Below, piece after piece: positions 41,814 to 50,031 of a stretch of DNA of 64,000 nucleotides (positions are counted from its first letter, which is position 1; the number at the start of each line of letters is the position of its first letter). Made by a program: the position numbers and the translations under genes. The notes under the pieces were generated by a model. The model searched no databases, was not told the DNA's origin, and saw nothing but the letters and a program-made list of their open reading frames with translations. The stretch covers positions 62,001 through 126,000 of the IMG/VR virus record IMGVR_UViG_3300032242_002454. One strand, written 5' to 3'.

Positions 41814-42140
41814 ATGAAAACCAAGTTTCCCATCATTCAAGCTGCCAAGCGTCAAGCCCGTCTGTGCTTTCTTGGTATGGCGATTCCAACTGAAGTGAAA
41901 GACATTGATGGTGAGATGATTCAAGTGGAAAAGGTTCTGAAGTTCAATCGAACTGCCTTGAAGAATATGGGCAAGAGCAAGATGGAAAAGGTTGACCCGC
42001 GGATGATCGGTAGCGAGGATACTATGATCGTGCCAGTGGGCAAGCCGGGTAGCCGTGAACGTGTCGAGGAATTGACCAAGCAATATGGTGTTGTTGCTCA
42101 CCTTGAAATCAGCCCGTTCAGCTTCAAGGGGGAGGAATGA
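41814..42140 (+). CDS. Hypothetical early protein
   Basis: AG-rich leader; MKTKFPIIQAAKRQARLCF. Confidence 0.7.
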   Translation: MKTKFPIIQAAKRQARLCFLGMAIPTEVKDIDGEMIQVEKVLKFNRTALKNMGKSKMEKVDPRMIGSEDTMIVPVGKPGSRERVEELTKQYGVVAHLEISPFSFKGEE

Positions 42141-42188
42141 ACGACTGTACACTAGTAAACAGATATACAGTAAACGCAAAACTTGACG

Positions 42189-42266
42189 TAAACCCTTGCT
42201 ACTAAAGGACTTAGGGCAAGGCGGGCCGCCCCGGCTCGACGTAAGTGCTTATGCAACAATGACTTA
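42189..42266 (+). repeat. Double-palindrome element E5
   Basis: taaaccctt-N7-aaggactta / 28 / taagtgctt-N7-aatgactta. Confidence 0.9.
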
Positions 42267-42275
42267 CGACGACAT

Positions 42276-42291
42276 AGCAAATGCTGTGCCA
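42276..42291 (-). promoter_or_regulatory. Sigma-54 consensus site, reverse orientation
   Basis: Minus strand TGGCACAGCATTTGCT. Confidence 0.75.
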
Positions 42292-42398
42292 AATCATGTT
42301 AGAAATACCTTACAGCATTGCAAGGAAACTTTTTCTGGTCTACCCTATTGACATTTGACGATAATACTTGTATAATGATGAGACAAGAAAGAGAAGGA

Positions 42399-42623
42399 AT
42401 GAAAATGAGAAAGCCTCCGAAAAGTTCGACTGTCAAGGGTAAAATCAATGCCTACGCTTACAAGTGTGGGTTTACGTTTCATCCGAAAGAGGATGGATCG
42501 TTTGCTCTGTTCGACATTCACATGGGATACTACGTCTGCCGTGGTTCGCATGATCGTGTTGTCCAGTTCGTGATCGATGAATTGTGGGCGAAGTATTATC
42601 GGTCGCATCCGACCCCCGTATAG
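42399..42623 (+). CDS. Hypothetical early protein
   Basis: Promoter 42348; AAGGA RBS. Confidence 0.65.
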   Translation: MKMRKPPKSSTVKGKINAYAYKCGFTFHPKEDGSFALFDIHMGYYVCRGSHDRVVQFVIDELWAKYYRSHPTPV

Positions 42624-42683
42624 TGGGGGTTGACGATCATCTGCCAAATCACTACAATACAAACACAAGAAAGAGAGAATGGA

Positions 42684-42923
42684 ATGATTCAGATTGGTGA
42701 CAGGGTTCAAATTGGTTCTAGAATTGGTGCTGATCTTGCGTGGGCTGTTGTGGTGGACATTATCCCAGCCAATGACTATAGAGAAGCTATGTATCGTGTC
42801 CGGTTCGATGTTCCTGTGAACCGTGATGGACGCAGATCAGAAATCGTAACGATCACACCTAATCCTAATGAGTGCTGGGTGGATGATGGTATTGTGTTTG
42901 GTCCGTTTCTTGAGCAAAACTGA
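42684..42923 (+). CDS. Small SH3/KOW-like beta protein
   Basis: IQIGDRVQI...AVVVDI...MYRVRFD; promoter 42630. Confidence 0.65.
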   Translation: MIQIGDRVQIGSRIGADLAWAVVVDIIPANDYREAMYRVRFDVPVNRDGRRSEIVTITPNPNECWVDDGIVFGPFLEQN

Positions 42924-42935
42924 AAGGCTGAACAA

Positions 42936-43121
42936 ATGTTCTCACCGATGGAAAAGATTTGGATGGGCCTTGGATTGCAAGGCGCTCTGGAAATGATGGA
43001 TGCGTCATGCTCCCTGTGTGAAAGACTCACGGAAGAATGTGTGACCAATCCCCCAGTGAAAGATGCTTTGATTCAAAGCATTGCTGCTGAAATTATAGGC
43101 AATCGCCAGAGTAACTCCTAA
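42936..43121 (+). CDS. Hypothetical early protein
   Basis: Its TAA stop is the first 3 nt of E6. Confidence 0.6.
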   Translation: MFSPMEKIWMGLGLQGALEMMDASCSLCERLTEECVTNPPVKDALIQSIAAEIIGNRQSNS

Positions 43122-43196
43122 GTGCTTACCGCATAAGGACTTACGACACGGCGGGCGGGCCGCGTTTGACGTAAGTTCTTATGAGATAACGACTTA
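43119..43196 (+). repeat. Double-palindrome element E6
   Basis: taagtgctt-N7-aaggactta / 28 / taagttctt-N7-aacgactta. Confidence 0.9.
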
Positions 43197-43205
43197 CAAC
43201 AACAT

Positions 43206-43221
43206 AGCAAATGCTGTGCCA
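43206..43221 (-). promoter_or_regulatory. Sigma-54 consensus site, reverse orientation
   Basis: Minus strand TGGCACAGCATTTGCT, identical to 42276. Confidence 0.75.
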
Positions 43222-43325
43222 AAGTTTCTATCCAAACCTTACGACATTGTAAGGAAAGTTTTTCTGGTCTAAGCTATTGACAAACGACGATAATAATGGT
43301 AGAATGATAAGACAAGAAAGAGAGA

Positions 43326-43508
43326 ATGAAAATGGAAGAATTTTCCACTAGGGTTTTGCAAGATAATCTGTGGCTTGAGCAAGTCCGGCTCACTAGAGAT
43401 ACTGATCCTGAAATGATCGAACTGAGAAAACAGCATATTTCCTATCTTGCCACAGAATTGCTCCGTCGGTATCGTGCGGAGTCTTTGTCTCTGGCTAGTT
43501 CCAGCTAA
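43326..43508 (+). CDS. Hypothetical early protein
   Basis: Promoter 43277. Confidence 0.65.
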   Translation: MKMEEFSTRVLQDNLWLEQVRLTRDTDPEMIELRKQHISYLATELLRRYRAESLSLASSS

Positions 43509-43645
43509 CCCTGTCGGGTTGAAACGTGGCCTAGTCAGACTAGTCAGCGAACCCTGTGGGCCTTGTAAGGTTGACAACTAAAGTTTTGCAGTGTAGAATG
43601 TCGATAATAGATATAGGAAAGATGACCAGTAACCAAGAGGAATGT

Positions 43646-43843
43646 ATGATAGACTATATCAAGCGGTATGATTGGGTGGAGTTTGATTATAAGGGTGAGA
43701 ACTATCGTGGTGAAGTTCGTAGGGTTTTGGATAAGCCCAAGGGAAAGATGATGATTGTGAAAATCGGCCTGACCGAATATCGTTCGTGCTATCTTGACCA
43801 GTGCGAAAACATGATCCATGTTGCTAACACGGTGGAGGCTTGA
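43646..43843 (+). CDS. WYL/SH3-like small protein
   Basis: VEFDYKGENYRGEV...EYRSCYLDQC resembles WYL-type folds (inference); GAGG RBS. Confidence 0.55.
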   Translation: MIDYIKRYDWVEFDYKGENYRGEVRRVLDKPKGKMMIVKIGLTEYRSCYLDQCENMIHVANTVEA

Positions 43844-44034
43844 ACATGAATGGTTTTATTCTGGTGTGGGTTTGGATGGGGGCTATGCTTTTTGTTTTGG
43901 GTTTTGTATATTTCCTTTCTATTGTAAGGGAAGTCTGGCAGAGACTTGCCGAATATGAGAGAATGAAGTCTAGGGGCTTTACTCTTATGAAAGATGAAAA
44001 TGGTGATGAGTTCTGGGTAGGATATGGGGATTGA
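43840..44034 (+). CDS. Single-TM small protein
   Basis: FILVWVWMGAMLFVLGFVYFLSIV hydrophobic segment. Confidence 0.65.
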   Translation: MNMNGFILVWVWMGAMLFVLGFVYFLSIVREVWQRLAEYERMKSRGFTLMKDENGDEFWVGYGD

Positions 44035-44215
44035 CCCAATAACACTGGAGATACAGGGATGTATCAATTTGATTTTATTAGTGTTGCTTTTGGTTATATT
44101 GTCGGTATCTTACTCTCTGCTAGTATGTCACATATCATGTATATGGAGGAAAATGATGAAATCGAGTGACTACATCTTATGGGGGGTATGTTTTACCCTT
44201 GGCTGCATTATGACG

Positions 44216-44293
44216 TATCTCCTTCACCAGTAAGGACTTACGACCAGCCCGGCCCGCCCCGCGAAGCGTAAGTGCTTATGCTGCAACACTTTA
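44216..44293 (+). repeat. Double-palindrome element E7
   Basis: tatctcctt-N7-aaggactta / 28 / taagtgctt-N7-aacacttta. Confidence 0.85.
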
Positions 44294-44423
44294 CGTCAAC
44301 AAAAAGATTTTTCATGTTTGGCATGAAATTATATTTTGGAATTTTCCAAGTTCCTGCTTGACACTAGCCGATAATAAGTGTAGAATCACAACACACGAAC
44401 GGTAACCACTAAGGAACAGAATC

Positions 44424-44597
44424 ATGCTGAACTTCGACGAGATCAACGACATTCTGAACGACATGGCCGAAGCGGGGATTGTTGAGCCGATGGTCGAGCC
44501 TATCGACGATCCTAGTGTGGAAGTGAATTTTTGGGATTGGGCAGACGTTGTGGGTGCTGTTGACGATTTCATTCCAGAGGAGTATATTGATGCTTAG
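44424..44597 (+). CDS. 57-aa acidic protein (not in track)
   Basis: MLNFDEINDILNDMAEAG...; 17 D/E and no K/R; promoter 44358, AAGGA RBS. Confidence 0.75.
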   Translation: MLNFDEINDILNDMAEAGIVEPMVEPIDDPSVEVNFWDWADVVGAVDDFIPEEYIDA

Positions 44598-44663
44598 TGC
44601 GATTGCTTTTGTTGTGAGCTATATTGGTTTGTTTTACACTATCACCATCGTGAGGGATTGACC

Positions 44664-44939
44664 ATGAGCTACGAATATGACGACCTTGAAGATTTTTATG
44701 GTATCGACGCTGATGATCGTACTAATGATTATTGGGCTGGAAATGATGATCTGGAGAATGATTCTGATGATTCGTTTGATGACAGTATGGATGGTGATGC
44801 TGAGTCTGCGTTGGCTTCCGCTGGATGGGGAACCGACGAGGACTATGGTTACTATGGTGACGATGGAGTAGAAGATTTCCATGCCGATGAGGCTGTGGGA
44901 TTCGTAGACTATAATGAGGATGGCCCATACGACGATTGA
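44664..44939 (+). CDS. Extremely acidic protein (DNA-mimic candidate)
   Basis: About 34 D/E in 91 aa, one R, no K, many Y/F/W. Confidence 0.7.
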   Translation: MSYEYDDLEDFYGIDADDRTNDYWAGNDDLENDSDDSFDDSMDGDAESALASAGWGTDEDYGYYGDDGVEDFHADEAVGFVDYNEDGPYDD

Positions 44940-44949
44940 AAATTCGCCG

Positions 44950-45027
44950 TAAACCCTTTGTGTATAAGCACTTAGGGCTTGCGCGGCCCGCCCGATTTGC
45001 TCTAAGTTCTTATTCTGCAACACTTTA
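44950..45027 (+). repeat. Double-palindrome element E8
   Basis: taaaccctt-N7-aagcactta / 28 / taagttctt-N7-aacacttta. Confidence 0.9.
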
Positions 45028-45122
45028 TGTCAACCTTGCGATATTGTAAGAAAACTATCTGCTTGACACCTAAAGTTTCTATGCTATACTTGTCGATATA
45101 AGAGATAGAGAAAGAGAGTGAC

Positions 45123-45296
45123 ATGATGAAAGTTTTGCAGTTGGTGTTGAACGGTGAGCCTCTGTCGTTTACGGTGGGAGCTACGGATTGGGCAGATGCT
45201 TGTGAAAAGTTTTCTGCTACCTACAGTTGGTTTGACGATTTGATGAAGTGTCAGTACGTTAGGATTTCTTTTCAAGAGGTTATGGGAAATGAGTAG
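45123..45296 (+). CDS. Hypothetical 57-aa protein (not in track)
   Basis: MMKVLQLVLNGEPLSF...; promoter 45063. Confidence 0.65.
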   Translation: MMKVLQLVLNGEPLSFTVGATDWADACEKFSATYSWFDDLMKCQYVRISFQEVMGNE

Positions 45297-45477
45297 GTAT
45301 TACGAAGGTCGTTTTAATCCGTACAATCGTCATGATACGGGAATGTATGTGGTCTATCGCAAGAGTGACAACAAGCATCTTGGAACGGTTGTGGATTGTC
45401 GTAGTGAGAGCGAAGCCAAGCGTAAGGCTAGCTACCAGTTTGATTGTGAGTGCTATGTTAGTGAGATTGAGGAATAA
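45289..45477 (+). CDS. Hypothetical early protein
   Basis: Coupled; GAGG RBS. Confidence 0.65.
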   Translation: MSRYYEGRFNPYNRHDTGMYVVYRKSDNKHLGTVVDCRSESEAKRKASYQFDCECYVSEIEE

Positions 45478-45478
45478 A

Positions 45479-45622
45479 ATGAAAACAAAAAAGAAAGAGT
45501 TGACAGCACACGAAAAAGCTGTTATACTCATGAATCGTGAAGCTGGTCGTGCAGTAAGTCGAGTTAAGTTGTTGGAACAGTTGTATTTTGAAACCATGAA
45601 AGCAAAGGAATTGGCAAAATGA
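45479..45622 (+). CDS. Hypothetical early protein
   Basis: GAGGA RBS before ATG 45479. Confidence 0.55.
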   Translation: MKTKKKELTAHEKAVILMNREAGRAVSRVKLLEQLYFETMKAKELAK

Positions 45623-45849
45623 AGTGCGTTGTGACTCATACGGATACGTTTGGTGGCGAAGCTAACTATGGCTGGGTGAATCGTTACGAGTTTATCCCCA
45701 AGAAGAATGCTAGCCAGCGTAGTGTTGTTCGTAAGGCTAAGGCTCTGGCTGGTATGACTGCGGTCAAGGCCGATACATGCGATTACGGCGACGGATATAC
45801 CGTCAAGCCTCGCGGTTATGCTCAGATCATCTTTGTTGATTTTGAGTAA
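45619..45849 (+). CDS. Hypothetical early protein
   Basis: ATGA-coupled; THTDTFGGEANYGWVNR. Confidence 0.7.
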   Translation: MKCVVTHTDTFGGEANYGWVNRYEFIPKKNASQRSVVRKAKALAGMTAVKADTCDYGDGYTVKPRGYAQIIFVDFE

Positions 45850-45867
45850 AAAAATAATCTCTCGTCG

Positions 45868-45945
45868 TAAACCCTTTGTGTTCAAGCACTTAGGGCCGAC
45901 GGGGGCGGCCGGATTTGCCGTAAGTCCTTATGCGTCAACACTTTA
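45868..45945 (+). repeat. Double-palindrome element E9
   Basis: taaaccctt-N7-aagcactta / 28 / taagtcctt-N7-aacacttta. Confidence 0.9.
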
Positions 45946-46043
45946 CGTCAATCCTTACAATCTCGTAAGATTCAAGTTTACCCCTTGCAATAGACGATAA
46001 TAGATAGTAGAATACGATATAGAAGAAAGGCAAGGGTGAGAGC

Positions 46044-46235
46044 ATGAGTCCTGACGGAAGCTATAATGGTTACGCAAACTATCAGACGTGGAATGTTTGT
46101 TTGTGGCTGAGTAATGATGAACTTCTGTGTAGTCTGGCTAAACAGTGTACCTCTTACGATCATTTCAAGATTTTGATTCGTGAGATTTTCGAGAAGGATA
46201 ATCTGAGGTTTGAGACTCCTGATGGTGTGGCTTGA
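46044..46235 (+). CDS. Hypothetical early protein
   Basis: YNGYANYQTWNVCLWLSND; promoter 45985. Confidence 0.7.
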   Translation: MSPDGSYNGYANYQTWNVCLWLSNDELLCSLAKQCTSYDHFKILIREIFEKDNLRFETPDGVA

Positions 46236-46377
46236 AATGACAGCGGCATCAATATTGCTGAAATGGTGGAGTATTGGGAAGAAAATTTTTCTAAAGTTCC
46301 CGCTTGACAAATGTCGATAATTAGTGTAGACTTGTGGCATGGATGTTTGATTGGTTTTCAATTTTGAAAGGGTTTCT

Positions 46378-46782
46378 ATGAGTGATACGATTTTGTTTGG
46401 TTCGATTCTTTCGGCTGTTGCCGTTGCTGTTGTGGGTTTCGTCTTCTATTCGGTCTATGGTGGATCGAAGGCTAGCTTGGCGAATGCCCAAGAGGGTCAG
46501 GTTTTCAACTTTGTTTATGAGCAGCCGTTGCATGGAACGCATGAGCGTTTTCTTGCTAAGGTGATTGGTAAGCAGACGTTGACTGTGGATCAGATTGCTA
46601 GACTCAATCGTAAGAGTCGTTATCGTGCTGGTGATCCTGAGTTCATCCGTACCAGTAATCTGGTAACGTGTCGAACCGCTGACGGCAAGGTGCGTAATTT
46701 CTATGCAGAGCGAGTGAGCAATTGCCGAAAGCCTCTTCTGGCCGGTGCTTTGTTCAAGAGTGGATTTGCTAACCTGTTCTAA
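46378..46782 (+). CDS. Membrane-anchored hypothetical protein
   Basis: N-terminal TM, then a WYL-like CRTADGKVRNFYAERV segment; promoter 46304. Confidence 0.7.
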   Translation: MSDTILFGSILSAVAVAVVGFVFYSVYGGSKASLANAQEGQVFNFVYEQPLHGTHERFLAKVIGKQTLTVDQIARLNRKSRYRAGDPEFIRTSNLVTCRTADGKVRNFYAERVSNCRKPLLAGALFKSGFANLF

Positions 46783-46818
46783 AAACTAGCAGTCTCTGCA
46801 CACTAACTGACCAACCCC

Positions 46819-46896
46819 TAACCCTTTGACACCAAAGGACTTAGGGCGAGGTCGGCCCGCCCGGCAAGTCGTAAGTCTTTATCTGACAACACTTTA
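46819..46896 (+). repeat. Double-palindrome element E10
   Basis: taacccttt-N7-aaggactta / 28 / taagtcttt-N7-aacacttta. Confidence 0.9.
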
Positions 46897-46980
46897 CGAC
46901 AATCTTTTTTGTTCAAGTTTTTCCTCTTGACAGGCCGATAATAGTAGTGTACAATACGAGGAACCTAAAGGAGAAAAAAG

Positions 46981-47256
46981 ATGCTGTTTACGCCATATGC
47001 TTTGACAAATCGGACAACGCGAACGATCACGACTGTGGACGGTGTGGATATGATTGAGTTCAGTGGGCTGTCCACTGGAGGTCGTGAGTTTTCCATCACT
47101 ACTCGACTTGACGATGCCCAGCGTTGGGTCAACGGAGAGTTGATTCAAGTTGCTTTTCCGTATCTCAATGCTGATGATCGTGAGATTCTCAAAACGGGAA
47201 TTGATGCTCAGGAGTGGGAAACGATGTTCGCAGGAACACAAGAGGAGGATGAATGA
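46981..47256 (+). CDS. Hypothetical early protein
   Basis: AAGGAG RBS; GELIQVAFPYLNADDREILKTGI. Confidence 0.75.
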   Translation: MLFTPYALTNRTTRTITTVDGVDMIEFSGLSTGGREFSITTRLDDAQRWVNGELIQVAFPYLNADDREILKTGIDAQEWETMFAGTQEEDE

Positions 47257-47402
47257 GTACCGATACCTATATGGTCATGAAGGGCAGCAAGATTGTTGGG
47301 TATGTTCAAGCGTACAGTACCTACCATGCTTTGCGTCAGGCTGAGAAACTTTATGGAAATAATTTGCTCATTGAGCGAATCTCTAAAGTTTGTCCTGCCT
47401 AA
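47253..47402 (+). CDS. Hypothetical 49-aa protein (not in track)
   Basis: GAGGAGG RBS; MSTDTYMVMKGSKIVGYV... Confidence 0.65.
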   Translation: MSTDTYMVMKGSKIVGYVQAYSTYHALRQAEKLYGNNLLIERISKVCPA

Positions 47403-47439
47403 TCCTACGGATTTGGGCTGTGTGGGTATAGTCAGCCAG
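47400..47439 (+). repeat. 40-bp family B repeat (TAATCC-N3-GGATTTGG...AGTCAGC)
   Basis: taatcctacggatttgggctgtgtgggtatagtcagccag. Confidence 0.75.
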
Positions 47440-47498
47440 TAGTCGGGACTTGACAAAGAGTCTTTGATAGAGTATATTGAGCAGAAAGGGAGAGGATT

Positions 47499-47702
47499 AT
47501 GTTGACAAGTGACGAAAGAGACGCTGTTTGTGGGTGTGTGGCTGATTTTGCTACTCGTTTGCTTACCGCTGCTACTATTGATGAGAAGTCTATGCACCAA
47601 GAACTGGATATTTTCTTTGAGTTCTTTTGTGAGGCTCTTGAGATTGCCAGAAGGGATGGGGTGGTTAGGGTTCGTGAGTCTATTGGTGCTAGTAATAACT
47701 AA
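47499..47702 (+). CDS. Hypothetical early protein
   Basis: Promoter 47450, GAGGA RBS; stop 4 nt before E11. Confidence 0.65.
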   Translation: MLTSDERDAVCGCVADFATRLLTAATIDEKSMHQELDIFFEFFCEALEIARRDGVVRVRESIGASNN

Positions 47703-47705
47703 TCG

Positions 47706-47783
47706 TAAGTCCTTATCCTTAAAGTACTTAGGGTAAGGCGGGGCGGCCGAATTTGACGTAAGTGCTTGTGTATCATAGGGTTA
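47706..47783 (+). repeat. Double-palindrome element E11
   Basis: taagtcctt-N7-aagtactta / 28 / taagtgctt-N7-atagggtta. Confidence 0.9.
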
Positions 47784-47859
47784 CATCAACTCTAAAAAAT
47801 TTTTGAAATTCCTATAGATAGGTGTTGACAACGGACGATAATAGATGTATACTTAGCAC

Positions 47860-48370
47860 ATAAGCAGATGAGGGCCTCTGGCAGAATGATATCAAAGAAG
47901 CCACGGTTAAATGCAAGGCCGAGTATGGCATAACCCAATCTGTTTATTTTACAATACAAAACTCGTGGGTCCATGCCTTGGACTAGGTTGGGATAGCCTA
48001 TTTCGATAAACACTGCGGCTGTAATGCAGCGTAGGGTTGCCAACGGGGCTATACGTTGGATAGAAGTACCAATCTATGGGGGATCGCGTCCTCACCACGT
48101 TATAATACAAGATGGCCGATGATAAAAAGACGCATAAGTCTGATCCTGTGTAGTGGATATAAAGGCATATTAAGCCACATACTACACCGGCCATCCCAAT
48201 ACAATCAGTAATCGTTCCCAAGAGCCAGACAGATTGCTTCATGAACAATCTCAGGGAGGTTTCCGTGGACGGTTTCCACTAGTGTTTACCTGGCCCAAGG
48301 GTTAAAAATATCGGGTATTAGTGGAGTATAGAACCGGAGTCGTAAATGGTTCGCTGGTTACAATACAAAG
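47860..48370 (+). ncRNA. Candidate large structured ncRNA (~510 nt, four domains joined by AAUACAA)
   Basis: Starts at the predicted +1 of promoter 47825-47853; no plausible plus-strand ORF; about 15 complementary stems found by eye; AATACAA at 47953, 48104, 48198, 48362. Confidence 0.65.
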
Positions 48371-48380
48371 GAGAAAGATA

Positions 48381-48590
48381 ATGATTGCTACAAAAGAATT
48401 GATTGCTGAAGCGAAACAACTTGCCAAAGACAACTATGAGAGTTGGGGCCAATACATAGTAGAGTGCTATGAAGATAGTGAGTTAGCCGAAAGCCTTAAA
48501 GATTTTGACAGCCTAGATGAATGGGTTGAAGTTAGAATCTCAATAGCAAACATATACGAGGAAAGAGAAGCTTTCTATGAGCAAGGATGA
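48381..48590 (+). CDS. Hypothetical protein
   Basis: AAGGAG RBS at the end of the structured region. Confidence 0.7.
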   Translation: MIATKELIAEAKQLAKDNYESWGQYIVECYEDSELAESLKDFDSLDEWVEVRISIANIYEEREAFYEQG

Positions 48591-48740
48591 AGCGATTATT
48601 AAGATTCTGAAAGTTTTGAAAAGCGCCATGATGGTGATGTGCAAGCCTAATAGGGATGAGGCATTGACTTTAGCAGAGGAGCATGGTATAACTGCTAAGG
48701 ATTTGATCGAGGTGTGGGAAAAGATAACGCTGAGGATATA

Positions 48741-48866
48741 ATGATCTACTTAAATATTAACGAGATCGAACGGTTGGCTGAAATTGTGGCTGAACTGGTT
48801 AAGTTGGATATGACTGTGATTGCTGAGTTGAAGGGGACTAAGTGGAGTATTGAGGTGACTAAATAA
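48741..48866 (+). CDS. Hypothetical 41-aa protein (not in track)
   Basis: GAGGA RBS; coupled to 48866. Confidence 0.55.
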   Translation: MIYLNINEIERLAEIVAELVKLDMTVIAELKGTKWSIEVTK

Positions 48867-49120
48867 TGGAATGGATTAGTTTTCACGGCCCTCGCCGCCC
48901 TATTAATGGTCAAAAGATAATCTATTATGGTGAGCCTATTGGTGTGTGGCGTGGAACATATAGGATAAATTATAATGATCCTTTTTGTATTCACAATATT
49001 GATTGTGGTGAAGCTCCCGGTAACGTAGACTATATGGATGCTCCGTGGTGGATGCCAGATGAGGGACAAGACAAGCCAGCACCGCCCAAAGAACATTATC
49101 CAAAAGATTATCCTAGTTGA
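48866..49120 (+). CDS. Hypothetical protein
   Basis: GAGG RBS; stop 3 nt before E12. Confidence 0.65.
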   Translation: MEWISFHGPRRPINGQKIIYYGEPIGVWRGTYRINYNDPFCIHNIDCGEAPGNVDYMDAPWWMPDEGQDKPAPPKEHYPKDYPS

Positions 49121-49122
49121 CA

Positions 49123-49200
49123 TAAGTCCTTGCTGCTAAAAGACTTAGCTCAAGGGCGCCCGGCCGGTTTCGTCGTAAGTCCTTGCTACTAAAGACTTTA
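49123..49200 (+). repeat. Double-palindrome element E12
   Basis: taagtcctt-N7-aaagactta / 28 / taagtcctt-N7-aagacttta. Confidence 0.9.
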
Positions 49201-49282
49201 CGATTAGCAATATTTCTTCAAGATTTCCTCTTGACTTGTCGATAATAGTAGTGTAAGATACTAGCAACACACGAAAGGGAAT

Positions 49283-49525
49283 ATGATGACTGTTGCTGAA
49301 CTGATCGAAGAATTGAACAAACTGCCACAAGATATGCTCGTGATGGTTCCGGGCTATGAGTGTGGATATGATAATGTTGAAGTTAGGCCTAATACTGCTG
49401 TTCGTCTAAATGATAATTGGGATGGACAAGAGAAGATTAATTGGTGGGATGGCAGACATTCTATGTCTTTCGGCCCTACTGAAGATGAGATTACGCATTG
49501 TGTTGTTCTTTGGAGAGGAAAATGA
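49283..49525 (+). CDS. Hypothetical protein
   Basis: MTVAELIEELNKLPQDMLVMV; promoter 49231. Confidence 0.7.
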   Translation: MMTVAELIEELNKLPQDMLVMVPGYECGYDNVEVRPNTAVRLNDNWDGQEKINWWDGRHSMSFGPTEDEITHCVVLWRGK

Positions 49526-50031
49526 AACAAGTAGAACTCCATGCCGAAGTGCGATTTCATCTGCTAAACGGGCCTAATTATAAAAAATGGCAAGTAAATA
49601 TTATGCAAGGTAAGAAAAGGGTTGACCAATTTTATGTAGACCCTACAGAATACCAGTTAGAGATGCGTGGTTGCAAACTGGTAAATAAGGTAGCTAGGGC
49701 AAAATGGGTCAATAAGAAACAAAAAAAGAATGTTAGTGGTTGGGTACAGTGCGAGGAGGTTATGCTTCGCAAGGATTTTTATCCCTCTTTGCCTATTGAC
49801 AATCTTGAAAAGTTGTATTACAATCCGATAAAAGATATCCATTGGCGACGAGAGAGTGATTGTGGTGAACATGTGTGGGATGATAGTGAGTATGACACCT
49901 TAGTTACCGATGGGCGACAGGTACATATTCTGGAAGAACGTGACGGAAATTTTGACGGCATTTACGAGATAGACCCTAAGTATACAGAAAGTTTTGGAAT
50001 TTATGATCAAGATCGAACTGAGCGTCCGTGA
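49522..50031 (+). CDS. Hypothetical protein
   Basis: GAGGA RBS; ATGA-coupled. Confidence 0.7.
   Translation: MKQVELHAEVRFHLLNGPNYKKWQVNIMQGKKRVDQFYVDPTEYQLEMRGCKLVNKVARAKWVNKKQKKNVSGWVQCEEVMLRKDFYPSLPIDNLEKLYYNPIKDIHWRRESDCGEHVWDDSEYDTLVTDGRQVHILEERDGNFDGIYEIDPKYTESFGIYDQDRTERP

Larger units (their letters stand above)
39634..45970. promoter_or_regulatory. CCTTRC-N6-GYAAGG operator-like palindrome, about 10 copies
   Basis: Copies start at 39634, 39919, 40574, 41047, 41523, 42308, 43237, 43553 (degenerate), 45034, 45953; each lies 0-25 nt upstream of a -35 box. Confidence 0.8.

Noticed and set aside
47860-48370. tmRNA, RNase P, group I intron or pistol ribozyme
   Set aside because: No tRNA-like GGGG...CCA ends with a tag ORF, no GAGGAAAGUCC, no group I R/S elements. 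A CCACGUUA(U)AAUA likeness to pistol lacks the required pseudoknot.
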